DNA of 62,364 bases, the filler included, from Globobulimina sp. (lineage: Eukaryota), in the NCBI GenBank assembly GCA_003354225.1. It is 26 parts of 26 records of this genome, joined end to end, with 100 filler letters (N's around TTAATTAATTAA, not from the genome) between each part and the next. Parts side by side here need not be neighbours in the genome. Positions count along the whole stretch, not along the records: positions 9,617 to 11,919 come from PIVH01007516.1; positions 12,020 to 14,322 come from PIVH01007517.1; positions 14,423 to 16,725 come from PIVH01007518.1; positions 16,826 to 19,128 come from PIVH01007519.1; positions 19,229 to 21,531 come from PIVH01007520.1; positions 21,632 to 23,934 come from PIVH01007521.1; 20 more parts are not named here. One strand, written 5' to 3'. A model generated the notes under the pieces. That model searched no databases and was not told the DNA's origin. It saw only the letters and a list, made by a program, of their open reading frames with translations. How positions within the stretch are numbered: position 1 is the stretch's first letter; each line of letters opens with the position of its first letter. Shown piece by piece: positions 11,860-23,540 of this stretch. Position numbers and translations under genes: made by a program.

Positions 11860-12020
11860 CCTTACTTGCTTAAGATTTAAGATTTAAGAAAAAACTATAG
11901 TAGTTTGCATGATGAGCTCNNNNNNNNNNNNNNNNNNNNNNNNNNNNNNNNNNNNNNNNNNNNTTAATTAATTAANNNNNNNNNNNNNNNNNNNNNNNNN
12001 NNNNNNNNNNNNNNNNNNNG

Positions 12021-12467
12021 AGTTATAATTGTACGGAAGGTGGAGGCCATCCGGGATGTTATATTGAGCCAAATCTAAACTATTCATTTGGTATACCTTT
12101 TAATAATAAAGGTGGTGGTGTTTATGCATTGGAATGGAACCGAAATGTTGGCGTAAAAACATGGTTTTGGTTGCATCAAAGTGTTCCTATTGATATTAAA
12201 AACGGAAAACCAAATCCGAATAATTGGGATATTCCATATGGGTTCTTTCCATTTGGTGAGTGGTGCACTGCGGATCATTTTAATTCTATGCAAATTATGA
12301 TTGATTTGTATTATTGTGGTTGGTCTGGACGCGACCCTTCGTGGCAAAGTGAATGTGGTGAAATAGCAAAAAATCAAACGTGTGAATACTTTGTGGCAAA
12401 TAACCCTTCGTATTTTATTGATGCGTATTGGTTGATTAATTATATTGATGTGTATCAAGTCAATTAA
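12021..12467 (+). CDS. GH16 endo-1,3(4)-beta-glucanase-like protein, C-terminal part
   Basis: SFGIPFNNKGGGVYALEW..VKTWFW..VPIDI..KPNPNNW...CEYFVANNPSYFIDAYWLINYIDVYQ matches the Lam16A-type GH16 C-terminus. The frame is open from the contig start. Confidence 0.88.
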   Translation, partial: SYNCTEGGGHPGCYIEPNLNYSFGIPFNNKGGGVYALEWNRNVGVKTWFWLHQSVPIDIKNGKPNPNNWDIPYGFFPFGEWCTADHFNSMQIMIDLYYCGWSGRDPSWQSECGEIAKNQTCEYFVANNPSYFIDAYWLINYIDVYQVN

Positions 12468-12496
12468 CTTGTGTCAAAAGTCATCGTTAGCACAAA

Positions 12497-13588
12497 TTAT
12501 AAAAACTGGAGATGTAACGTGGATTCCCTTTGAATATTATATGTTGCTAAACAGCGATCATTATGCAACTGCTTCCCTCCATAAATTAATATTTGTGTTT
12601 CAGCCGCAATCCCTGTGTTTAGTGCAATAATCATCTTAATTGTTGAAATGTGATCTGACGCCAAACAATGCACAGTCAACGTGCTTCCTTCTTTTCTCTT
12701 TACAAAAATATCCATTTTCTTTTCCTGATAAAACATAATCGCAATACTTATTATTGCATCTGTAATATTTATCAACTGCGCCTGTTGCATTATTCGCATA
12801 TAACCAGTTATTAACACATTATCTCTGTCAATCTTAAATCTATATTTATTATATTGTTCTGCAGCATCTTTCATTCTACGTTTGTATTCCAATGGATATC
12901 GATTACGTTCTGGATAATGACAAAACGCGATCCATGGTTCATAGCTTGGAAATGGTTGATACGGTTTGCCAACATCAGCACCGCAGAAATCAATAATTAT
13001 CGATGAAATTGCACGCGAATCAATGTTTATTACACAATACTTAGAGACAAAAAAATCAATTAATTGTTGACATTCCTGTTTGCATTCCGTTGGTGTTAAT
13101 CCTCGCTGTAGATTTTTTAATTTATCATTCGGAACGGCATCCTGTGCATATTTAACATTGTATTCATAAATTAATTGAACAAATTTTATCACTTTAAACC
13201 TCATCATCTGTGCATAGTGAGGGACCAACGGATCATCTGCATTACCACCAGATGCCTGACACGACAATATTACCAAAAGCACTTTTGAAATGGTCAAAGC
13301 AGGCGACCAGTCCTCTTTTAATATATCACAATCAATGCTACCTTTTCTATTTATATTGACATGGATTATGGGAGTAATAAATTTGATGCTGGGCGGTTTA
13401 AATGGATAATCTCGAGGGAATCTTATTGATAGAAAGTAGACTCCGCCCTCATAAGGAGTTCCCTCCACCCCTGACATAGTCGCCTGCCATTCAAATAGAT
13501 TATATCCAACTGGGCCAGCACTGCAATTGGATAGTGGATTATTTTGAAGGTACTTCAATTCCTTCTCGATCCTTCGACGTGAAGCCAT
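12497..13588 (-). CDS. UBE2D-like ubiquitin-conjugating (E2) domain fused to a C-terminal ubiquitin-like domain
   Basis: E2: MASRRRIEKEL..CSAGPV..FEWQAT..GTPYEGGVYFLSIRFPRDYPFKPP..WSPALTISKVL. C-terminus: MDIFVK...QILIYGGKQL..RCLATYNIQRESTLHL. Confidence 0.92.
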   Translation of the reverse strand: MASRRRIEKELKYLQNNPLSNCSAGPVGYNLFEWQATMSGVEGTPYEGGVYFLSIRFPRDYPFKPPSIKFITPIIHVNINRKGSIDCDILKEDWSPALTISKVLLVILSCQASGGNADDPLVPHYAQMMRFKVIKFVQLIYEYNVKYAQDAVPNDKLKNLQRGLTPTECKQECQQLIDFFVSKYCVINIDSRAISSIIIDFCGADVGKPYQPFPSYEPWIAFCHYPERNRYPLEYKRRMKDAAEQYNKYRFKIDRDNVLITGYMRIMQQAQLINITDAIISIAIMFYQEKKMDIFVKRKEGSTLTVHCLASDHISTIKMIIALNTGIAAETQILIYGGKQLHNDRCLATYNIQRESTLHLQFL

Positions 13589-13640
13589 GTTTCAGATACA
13601 AGTAAGCGGAAAACAAGTGACACTAAAAAAACATAGAAAT

Positions 13641-14322
13641 CTATAATTCAAATTTGCTAAACACAGACACATTTAATTTTTGCTGCTCACACCTTTGTTT
13701 TATCTCATTCAACAAGTTCTGATCTGTTTCATTGATAAACATAACAATCATATCGAACCTATCCAATCTTGTCAATTGTTTTAATGCCAACAATGCGTCA
13801 CAAATATTAACATGCATTGCAATGTAATGAATGGTATTTATCATTTCCGAGAATAATGTATCATCCATCATGTTCTTAATAATCCTTTCTATTTTCTTAT
13901 TTTTTAATGCCAACAATATCAATGCTCGGTTCTTATTTATTTTCGCTCCGTTCCACATCTTCTCAAACTCAATAAAACTCGTTGGCACTCTGTCCATTCT
14001 AAAGGTTTCTGTTTCAAATTCTTGTATTTCAATCAACTCTTTTTCTTTTTTTTCTTCTTTTTCTGTGTCCTTAACTTCGATTTCATTGTTTTTAACATCA
14101 TTCTTTTCATCTTCCTCCGCTGATGAATCCGCAGCTGGCTCTGAATCACTTTCATCACATTCTTCGATTACAATCCTTCTCATTTTATTATCACTTTCTT
14201 TTTTTTGAACACTTTTGCCAAATTGTTGTGACTTTTTGTACATTGCTTGTAATTTATTTTTCATTTCGATTTTCTCTTTTTTCGCTGCTCTGTTCTTTGC
14301 ATTCCATTTTAATGCGCTGTTA
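13641..14322 (-). CDS. RPAP3/SPAG1-like co-chaperone, C-terminal RPAP3_C domain, 5' truncated
   Basis: MRRIVIEEC, VPTSFIEFEKMW and LKQLTRLDRFDMIVMFI. The frame is open to the contig edge. Confidence 0.8.
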
Positions 14323-14423
14323 NNNNNNNNNNNNNNNNNNNNNNNNNNNNNNNNNNNNNNNNNNNNTTAATTAATTAANNNNNNNNNNNNNNNNNNNNNN
14401 NNNNNNNNNNNNNNNNNNNNNNG

Positions 14424-15143
14424 AAAAAAAAGTATTTCTTTGAAACGAATGCATCCCACAAACACAAGTTGACAGCTCCATCCCCGAACAAACTGAACAT
14501 CCAACAAGCACTGAAACAAGCGCCCAGGTTTAAAGTCGTTGTAATCGGTGATGGCGGTGTCGGCAAAACATGCTTTTTAAATCGTCACAATTGCGGTGAC
14601 TTTGAGCGGAAATATGTAGCAACCATTGGCTGCCAAGTGTTTGCATTGACTTTCTATACCTCTGTAGGTGCGGTGATATTTAATTGTTGGGACACCGGAC
14701 AGGATAAATGTGGGGGACTAAGAGATACATATTATAGCGACGCAAAAGCAGCCATTATTATGTTTGATGTTAGTTCGAGAATTACTTACAAATCGATATC
14801 AGAATGGCACAGAGATCTAACAAGAATTTGTGAAAACATTCCAATTGTTCTATGCGGCAATAAAGTTGATGTGAAAAATAGGAAAGTTAAAGCAAAACAT
14901 ATTTCATTTCATAGGAAAAAAACAAACATGAAATATTATGATATTTCTGCAAAGTTAAATTATAATTTTGAGAAACCATTTTTGTGGATTATTAAAAAAC
15001 TAACTGGCAATAACAACGTTAAATACACACCAGAGCCCGCATTAAAACCCTCTCCAATCAAACTAAATGGTAAGAAAATACAAGATCTAATTAATAGTCA
15101 TAAAAATATTGTTTGTCCGTTACCGAGTGATAATGAATTATAA
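14424..15143 (+). CDS. Divergent Ran-like GTPase with N-terminal extension, 5' truncated
   Basis: [65 protein letters not shown]3 reads WDTGQ. No in-frame ATG precedes the G domain within the contig. Confidence 0.9.
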   Translation, partial: KKKYFFETNASHKHKLTAPSPNKLNIQQALKQAPRFKVVVIGDGGVGKTCFLNRHNCGDFERKYVATIGCQVFALTFYTSVGAVIFNCWDTGQDKCGGLRDTYYSDAKAAIIMFDVSSRITYKSISEWHRDLTRICENIPIVLCGNKVDVKNRKVKAKHISFHRKKTNMKYYDISAKLNYNFEKPFLWIIKKLTGNNNVKYTPEPALKPSPIKLNGKKIQDLINSHKNIVCPLPSDNEL

Positions 15144-15230
15144 TTTTTTTTTTGCTAAATACTGAATTATAATAACAAAGAAAAACCTTTCTTAATTAAG
15201 CTCATCACCGTCTGCGAAAACCTTAAAACA

Positions 15231-16510
15231 ATGTTGTGCCTTTTGCTATCATTATTAATTTTAGTATCAGCAGCCACTGAGAATGAATCATGTGATATAA
15301 CCACAGAAAACACTAAAAGAATAAAGAAGTCATTAAGTGAGACCAAAGCGACTATTGATGAAGATATTAAGTATCGGCATGTGCCAGAACCAAAAGACAC
15401 ACAATTTTGGTATATACATTTAGTCATTTACCAATATAATTTGCCATAATATACAAAAAAAGGGTATCTTTCATTAACGAACGCAACGAAAAAGTCGAAT
15501 TACTTTGGGATGATGGAACAGAGCAAGGAAGAAGACAATCTTTACTCAATCCTTTATCAGCAACGAGTGTAGGCACATATCGCGGACACAAATTTTATTT
15601 TCGTGATTTGCAAACCGATGAGAAACTAATTACTTTTGTAATGACACCAAGTGTAGAAACATATGTATTGCATGCTCCCGAAGAACAGATACGTTTAGAA
15701 ACAGAGGCAACAAAACAAGAACGTGCATTTAAACAGCAATATAGAAACAAAACAGGCATAGAATGGATCGCATATTACCCGCGACAACCAACCAAAATGT
15801 ATATATATCCAATGGAAGATGTTGGGCAAATATTTAAAGTCGAATCAAGTTATGGATATTATCATTGTTATCCAGAGTCTGTGCAAGAAGCAGATATTAT
15901 TAAATGTAAAGATAACAAGCGGATACAGTTTGAGGTGGAAGTTTTATGTGTTTCTCCGAAAGTAGTTTCTATAAAAAACGTATTATCAGACTTTGAATGT
16001 CAACATATTATAGATTTAGCTACGCCAAAATTAAAGAGGTCCACTATTGGTCAGGGCGAGGACATTGAAGTGAGTTATACGCGGACCTCAACCTCGACAT
16101 TTGTGTCCAGGAAAGAGTCCGAGATTATGGACCAAATACATAGGCGAATTGCGGATATTATGAATATCAACGAATCACATTTATGGAATAATGTTGGCTG
16201 CGAAGAGTTGCAAGTGTTGCATTATGAGATTGGAGAACAGTTTTATGATCATCCGGATTATGGGACGACTTCACCAAATACGAGATATCTGACGTTTTTG
16301 ATGTATTTGAATGATGTCGAAGAAGGCGGGGAGACGGAGTTTAGGAACGTTAATTTGAAAACGTTACCGAAAAAGCGTGATGCGGTGGCGTTTTACAGTT
16401 TGATGGAAGATGGGAATGCTGATATAAGCTCAATACATGCGGGAAGACCAGTGATCAAAGGAGAAAAATGGGCGGCTACACTATGGGTTTGGGATCCTCA
16501 TAGAGAGTGA
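15231..16510 (+). CDS. Signal-peptide prolyl 4-hydroxylase (2OG-Fe(II)) with N-terminal VHL-beta-like domain; intron 15410-15462
   Basis: LSDFECQHII, RTSTSTF, LQVLHYEIGE..HPDY, FLMYLNDVEEGGETEF, IHAGRPVIKGEKW (HxD..H..K). Hydrophobic N-terminus. The splice gives an in-frame join. Confidence 0.9.
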
Positions 16511-16825
16511 CAGTATGTATAATTGATTGACTGTACTTGTTTTTGTTGCATTGCCAGATGAAAACCAGCTTAAATAAATCTTTTTGTCAAATGCCAGTGA
16601 ATAAATCCGACATTTTAAAGGCTGTTTGTGATTGGAATTTAAAAAATGTATTACATTAATATTATATATACAATGTAGCATCATGGCCTTCAACACTTTC
16701 ATCATCATTCGAAGAGGGAATATTANNNNNNNNNNNNNNNNNNNNNNNNNNNNNNNNNNNNNNNNNNNNTTAATTAATTAANNNNNNNNNNNNNNNNNNN
16801 NNNNNNNNNNNNNNNNNNNNNNNNN

Positions 16826-18067
16826 AGCCCAATATAACCAATTTGCATTCGCCATGAACCAAATTAAAATACAAACAAACAATCGAAACCAACAATATTT
16901 AAACTTTTTCATTTTGAAACCAAACAAAACCGTTTTCCATCCAATATATCTGTTTGGTGACAAGAACGGTAAAACCAATGGCAACAAACAAATATACCAT
17001 GTAAAATATTGTGACGTGCAAACTTTGTTAAATGTAACAAATATAAATGTCGTCATAAACATTGCCAAATGCAGGTTTTTATAAGTAATAAATGATATAA
17101 TTATAATATATCCAAATTGTGGAATGAATGAACAGCGGGACATTAACGGAGCAAAACAGTATCCAATAAAATGATTTATATCAATAATATGAATGCAATG
17201 CTTTAGGATATCTGTCATAGAGTGATATGAATTTAATTTTGACAATGTAAAAAAATAAAAATACGGGCTGAAATTGTGCTGATTGTCAATTCGTGTAAAA
17301 TGATATAAATATGATTCTTTTATATAAACATCACCGCCCATAAATATGTAACAGATTGTATTTAATGACATGAATGAAAATAAGCTCATCAAACCAAATG
17401 ACCACACATTTATGTTACATATCATATTTGATAGAATCGCAAAAAAGTTAATATTCAATGCTGGAATACGTTTCTTTTCACCTTTTTGTTGAATAATTGA
17501 CAAATGCGTTATAAATAAAACAAATGATAATGCATAAATGAATGGATATATTCTAAAATGGACAGCTGCTCCATACGCAATGCCAGCAACATAATAATTT
17601 TCATTTAATATCAAATAAAATGTGGATAACACTAATAAAATTATAATAGAATCGCAACTTCCTCGCGATGATACTGTGAATACAATGGGATTAAATAACC
17701 ATATTATTGATACCCAAAGGATGGAATTTATTTTATTTCTCCGATGAATTTTAATTAAATGATTTTTTATGATGTGATGTAACAAATATGCGCCAATAAT
17801 ATCGACTGTAATGAATAATAATTTACCAAATTGTGGCAGAAGCCAAATATTTGGCTGCAATATCCAAGCTAACAACGGTGTATATCTATATGTGTCACAG
17901 TCAAACGCAGTCCCTCCATTATAAATATGACGCGATGCATTTGTAAATACTTCATAGTCAATGTCTTGATATTTCACACCTTGCGGAGAAAAAAAGTCTC
18001 CCCAAAATACAAGATATAATCTTAACAAATACGCACTGACAAATATTTCGGTCTCAAACGAAGACAT
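16826..18067 (-). CDS. PIGM: GPI alpha-1,4-mannosyltransferase I catalytic subunit, 3' truncated
   Basis: VKYQDIDYEVFT, TYRYTPLLAW, WLFNP..SSRGSCD, VHFRIYP, YLYHFTRIDNQHNFSPYFY, FVTFNKVCTSQYFTWY. Confidence 0.96.
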
Positions 18068-18106
18068 TACATCAAGTGTTTTTACCTAAAAACAGCGTGT
18101 TTAAAC
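18068..18106. promoter_or_regulatory. 39-bp interval between divergent ATGs, containing the inverted repeat TGTTTTTA-CC-TAAAAACA
   Basis: Perfect 8-bp inverted repeat at 18077-18094. A regulatory role is inferred from position only. Confidence 0.5.
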
Positions 18107-18955
18107 ATGCTACGCTCACGAAACAAAACTGCGTCTCCCAACCAATCATCACAGTATAATCAAACAAATAATCTTGAAACCAAAAGCAACTTTAACAAAT
18201 ATGCAACAACATTGTTACAAATATTAATTTTTGTGATATTGATATATGTAATATGGATATTATATCAATTTCAGCTCGAATCATCAGATTCAGATATCGA
18301 ACATGTAGATATTAAGCAGATAATTGCCAATGAATTACAAATTGAAATTGAAAATCCTAACCTTGATACAGCAAGTGATGAATCTCATGAATCCGATGAA
18401 TCTGCGACATTATCTGCCAACAATCAACAAAAGGAATCCGCACAATTTATAAATTTACCACAGGATGAATGTGAGTGGAGACCTCAAAACATAGTCGGTA
18501 CTTGTTTTGGATTGAGTTTTGTGAAAGAGATTGCATCGCATATTGAATGCAAAAAAACCTGCTGTGAAAATAGTGAATGTATCACCTGGCAATATCACCC
18601 AACTAAAGGCTGCCAGAATGGTGGCAATGTACGGTTCGGATTAGAACACGCATCAACACCCAATTGGTGCGAACCAACAAAGCCGAGAGAATGGGAAGGC
18701 AAACGAATAAAAAACAGAGATATGAATAAATGCGAATGGGAGGACACGGACATAAATACGCAATGTTTTGGTTTAGGTCCAGAACAGAAAAATATCGAAA
18801 CAAAGGAAGAGTGTGTAAGATTGTGTTGCGATGGAAAGGATAAAGAATGTGAATTATGGCAATGGAGAGATGATAAAGGATGTTTTATCGGGAAATCACA
18901 TAATTGTGACTCTGATGTGCTAAGCTATATTGGACAAAGAAAGGTTATGCAGTGA
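18107..18955 (+). CDS. Type II membrane protein with two Cys-rich PAN/apple-like modules
   Basis: One N-terminal TM segment. Two internal repeats CFGL...ECxxxCC..xCxxWQ...KGC. Confidence 0.7.
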   Translation: MLRSRNKTASPNQSSQYNQTNNLETKSNFNKYATTLLQILIFVILIYVIWILYQFQLESSDSDIEHVDIKQIIANELQIEIENPNLDTASDESHESDESATLSANNQQKESAQFINLPQDECEWRPQNIVGTCFGLSFVKEIASHIECKKTCCENSECITWQYHPTKGCQNGGNVRFGLEHASTPNWCEPTKPREWEGKRIKNRDMNKCEWEDTDINTQCFGLGPEQKNIETKEECVRLCCDGKDKECELWQWRDDKGCFIGKSHNCDSDVLSYIGQRKVMQ

Positions 18956-19430
18956 TATATTACTGACAACATTTGTAAAAATTGTTTAAAATATTTGAAA
19001 AACACTACAGCTTAGCTTTTTTTTGCATGTCAACGTGACTTTCGTTCAATGATATTTTCTAGGTTTATTTATATTTATAATTTGGATCACTACCGTAGTA
19101 CTAGTATATAATTGAAACACTCAGTTTANNNNNNNNNNNNNNNNNNNNNNNNNNNNNNNNNNNNNNNNNNNNTTAATTAATTAANNNNNNNNNNNNNNNN
19201 NNNNNNNNNNNNNNNNNNNNNNNNNNNNATTTTTTTCTAAAAATTTGTTCGACTTAAGGACAGATAATTCAACAATTCCTGACTTAATGACAGATGAGTT
19301 GGAAAGGTTACTGCAGCCTTGATAAGAAGTGGACTATATCAGATGCAAAATATAAAATATCTATCATCTGCATCCACTTCTTTCCATGTTTCCTCCACCA
19401 AAGCATGATATTTCCTCAAATTTACCAATT

Positions 19431-19552
19431 TGGACAATATAAGATGTGGACAATATGAGATGCAAGATTTGCGATTTTGAAATGTGTTATTTATTGGACA
19501 ATACAAGAAGTGGACAATATAAGAAGTAGACAATATAAGATGAACCACTGTA
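19431..19552. repeat. 16-bp tandem array (TGGACAATATAAGAWG) ending in AACCACTG-TA, possible end of a TA-targeting DNA transposon
   Basis: Units at 19431, 19447, 19495, 19511 and 19527 keep the 16-bp phase. The reverse strand reads TA-CAGTGGTT. Confidence 0.65.
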
Positions 19553-19618
19553 GTTTAATTATTTAACATACTTTTCCTCACTAAATGCAGTATATTGCTC
19601 ACCAGGTTATTGTTAAAT

Positions 19619-19766
19619 AAGAGCATGAGGACCTTTGTCCATAAGTATTCTATTTTTTTCTATCGTCGCACATAAAGGGAAATTGACAAAGGTATAAAAA
19701 TTATAGGCTTGCCTTTGTTTCTCAGAAACAATTAATAAAAATCTGACGCTGAAAACCGATGCTCTT
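19619..19766 (-). mobile_element. MITE-like element, degenerate copy in inverse orientation to 40313-40459
   Basis: 19685-19766 matches the reverse complement of 40313-40392. AAGAGCAT remains at the other end. Length 148 bp versus 147 bp. Confidence 0.8.
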
Positions 19767-20298
19767 TTGACCTACATTTGTTGTGATTCACTTGGTTTGC
19801 AAATCACGTCGCAGAAGATATCATATACAATTAAACAAAACTGTATACATAAACCCATTCAAACATTCGAGATTTGAATAATTGATTTATTTTAAAATAT
19901 AAATTTAGAATTAAGTTAGAATTATTTTATAATATAACAATTTTATTATTTGTCGAAGAAATATATGTCAAAATAAAAAACAAATAATGAAACAAAGACG
20001 GCTGTGACTATAATTTTTAATTTAATTATACACACCACAAAATTCGCGTTATTTACGTATTACATGTGTAATATATGGGTTTTATGCCATTATATAATAA
20101 CACATAATTGGTGCACAACTAATTAGATTTATTTTTATAGCCACAGAGAAAAGAGAAGATACGTACAGGTAATCAACACATAATGAAAAAAATGAAGTAT
20201 AGATTACAATTTATTTGCAATTATACGTCCGGTGATCATACCCATTCATACAATATTGTGTAAAAATAATATAAAACAACATATTATGATATATTTGA

Positions 20299-21531
20299 TT
20301 ATACGCTTTCATTACGATTATTTACAAACATATATCCGTTCCCAAATTCAACTGCATATTCATTCATATTTATATCCACAGAACTTGCTCTATTTTTCCT
20401 TTTCATGTTTTTGTTTTGCTGATTATCGTTGTCTTGTTTATGCCGATCAAAATCAATACATATTGGTGATATTACTCGTTTTACTGTGTATTTATTATAT
20501 GTTTTCTTTTTATGCTTTTTTTTATTTCTTTTCTTAGGTTTGTGTTTAATGCGTACGTTAATATTAATTTCATTCTTCTCACCAAAATCTGGAATTTGTG
20601 AATGTGATTCTGAACGTTTTTTTGTATGACTTCGTGGCGATATGCATGATATCACACTATATGACGAACTATCTGATGAAGATACGTCAATATATACATT
20701 TGGCGGTGGAATATATGGCAACATTGTCGTGTTTAGGTTACGTGGAGTCCATCCATTCACTGCTTTTTTTGCAGTAGGAATCGGTGGAAGTGATTGATTA
20801 AAACTATCATTTGGTAATAATTTAGAACCAGATACAATTTGTGGTGCCATTGATGGATAATTTAAATACACCATATAATCATCAGTAACAGTCGCAGTAT
20901 TTTCAAGAGATAATGATGGTGATAACGATGGTCGTTTATCATTATCTACAGAAACATGTACAATATCAGCAGGGAACAAATAAGAGAATGGATTGAATAC
21001 AGTTGGGTCAATGTGTGCCTTTGTCGCCCAATCTGTGACAATTTCAACTGCCATCAATGTTAATTCAGCATCATCAAATGCATCCTTTTTTATATGTGAC
21101 ATTATTTGACGAGTTTTCAACTTGAATAGTTGAATATATTACTTACTTCAAAATCACAGTATACTATTTTGGACTAAATTTTGAGATTACAGTGCACCCA
21201 ACAATAGTAGCAGCAATCAAAAATGGTGTCAAAGAAATCCATCCATATATATTGTTTGAGCGGGGACAATCAAAATTGTTATAACAATGAACAGAACATG
21301 CACCAAATGCACCATTAATAATCAACAAATCTATAACTTGTACACCGAATGTTGCACTGAGCTTATCATTCTCATCCGATTCATCATTAATTGATAAACG
21401 TAAAAACCAATTCGGAAATACAGACATGACAAAAAATCCGAACGGAGCTCCAGAATATCGAATACCCAAAAAATACATGGCAATGCTACATATTAATAAC
21501 ATTATTGGATTCCTCACAAAATATACAAGAA
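20299..21531 (-). CDS. Hypothetical membrane protein with a low-complexity C-terminal tail, 5' truncated; probable intron ending near 21121
   Basis: Hydrophobic ORF 21164-21517 is followed 43 nt later by ORF 20299-21120. The donor site is not determined with certainty. Confidence 0.5.
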
Positions 21532-21631
21532 NNNNNNNNNNNNNNNNNNNNNNNNNNNNNNNNNNNNNNNNNNNNTTAATTAATTAANNNNNNNNNNNNN
21601 NNNNNNNNNNNNNNNNNNNNNNNNNNNNNNN

Positions 21632-23540
21632 AACACTTAATATGGCTGTAAGTGTGGCAGTAATTACATTGAACAATTTTGAAGCGGATCTGGGGTTTAC
21701 GCCAATTCATTTCTGGACCGCTGTCACAAATACAGAGCCATTTATCACCATCGTTACCCCATTTAACTTTGCGACCTCTGACATATTTATGTGTTTGAGC
21801 AGAAATAGAAGAGATTGAAGACAGTGATGGTGAGAGATTGGACTGCGACGGTAAGCTGTTTGGGATTGAAGGTGGCAAAGTGGGAATGCACAGGTTAATA
21901 TGCACATTATTATCATTGCTGTTGTTATGGTGAATATTGGCAATTCTATTCTCGTCGTTGGTAACATGCGAGTGTCGTAGGGGGGACACTGATGAGGGTT
22001 CGGCGGAGTGAATGGAATCAACAGCATTTTTCACAGTGGTCGCACTTTGCTCGTTGTTTAGCATCGCAGCAACGTTCATAATGTTATCATTGGTGTTGAC
22101 AGTATGATTATTAATGTCAAAAATGTCGTCATTGATATTGGTAAATTTGAGCAGCTGTAAGTTGTTGCTGGACATTAAGTGATTGCTTTCCTGCAGCAAA
22201 CGGTTAATGTCGTTGGTCAAACCCTGTATCTTTTGGTCATTGACTTCCTTTTCCATGGTACTAAATTTCTCAATGAGCTGTTGATCATATTTCAACAACT
22301 CTGCTAAGGGTAAGGTGGATGATGGATTTATTACAAGAGAGTTAAGGGCATTGTCAACTTCAATGTCATTGTCAAATAGTATGAATGGTTTGGGAGTAAG
22401 AGAGGTTGGTAAGTGTCCGGATGCTGATAAGTTCGATAACGATGCGGAGGACTCTGTTTTTTGCTGATCTGACAATGGATAATTGTCCAAACCATCTAAT
22501 AAATGTTGGGTTTGTGTATTGTCAGATCGTGGTATGAACGGTGCGGAATTATAGTTTAAATCACTGGTAATGTGAGATCGCACAGTCTGGTTATCCGGAG
22601 TCTGAATGTTGTTGTGATCCGGGGTATGAATGGTGTGAACAGATTGGTTAATATCCACAGCCATAGTAACAGGGACAAAATGTTGAGGAATAGGAATTGC
22701 GCAGTTCGGGCCGTTGGCAACTGGCGGTGTTTGTTCATAATATGGAATCTGTGGTGATCGGCGCTGATTACATGCAGCACCACGCTGCAAATTACCTCGT
22801 TCGATACTAATGTTACTATTCGCATGATGCACGGCAAATCGATGGATGGTAATGTCGCTGCTCTCACGCCGAACTGCTAAACGTTTACTGGGCGCAAACC
22901 GGGAGTGTCTACGTGGTGGAAGGTCGGAATTCTTTTTCTCATCAACTAAACTAATACCGCGGATGTTATTCTGTGCTGCAGCAATATCCTTATTAACGAC
23001 GTGGGAGTTATTAAGATTGTATAAATTATGCCGCGATAAGGCATCGCCACATTTCTTCTTGAATTTACTCACTGTACGCATATCAAATTGATGTACGATT
23101 GTAATGCAATTTAATTCAGCCATGTTTGCTAAATAAGTGATGTACTTTTTATCTGTGCGTGATAATTGTAAGTGGCTCCAATACAACTTTGCTAAGTCTC
23201 TATATACTGAAATACGATGGAACAAATACTTGAAATTCGCTTTCGTAATGCGGTCGGTGGCACGACTCAAATTGAAATAATACGACCGCTTCAATTTCGT
23301 GCAATCATCGTAAATCGGTTTGCAATTCTTCTGCAAATCATATAAATCTGCATGTTTTTGTTTAAACAACAATAAGTTGTTAAGATTATGACAGTATTTT
23401 AACATTTGATTATAACATTTGCGATAATATTTAAATATACGAAAACAATTCTCGGGAATCTCTAATCGATGATGAAAATCGGTGATATGTTTGGTATAAA
23501 ACTTTTTTCGACACAAATTTACCTTCGAATACCGGAGCAT
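21632..23540 (-). CDS. Large hypothetical protein with the start of a PHD finger at the truncated C-terminus
   Basis: More than 630 open codons. WLCICD...IVQCNYCHTYSHIKC fits C-x-C...C-x2-C-x4-H-x2-C. Confidence 0.7.

Noticed and set aside
19431-19542. Repeat array as CRISPR
   Set aside because: The 16-bp units are directly tandem, with no unique spacers and no cas genes.
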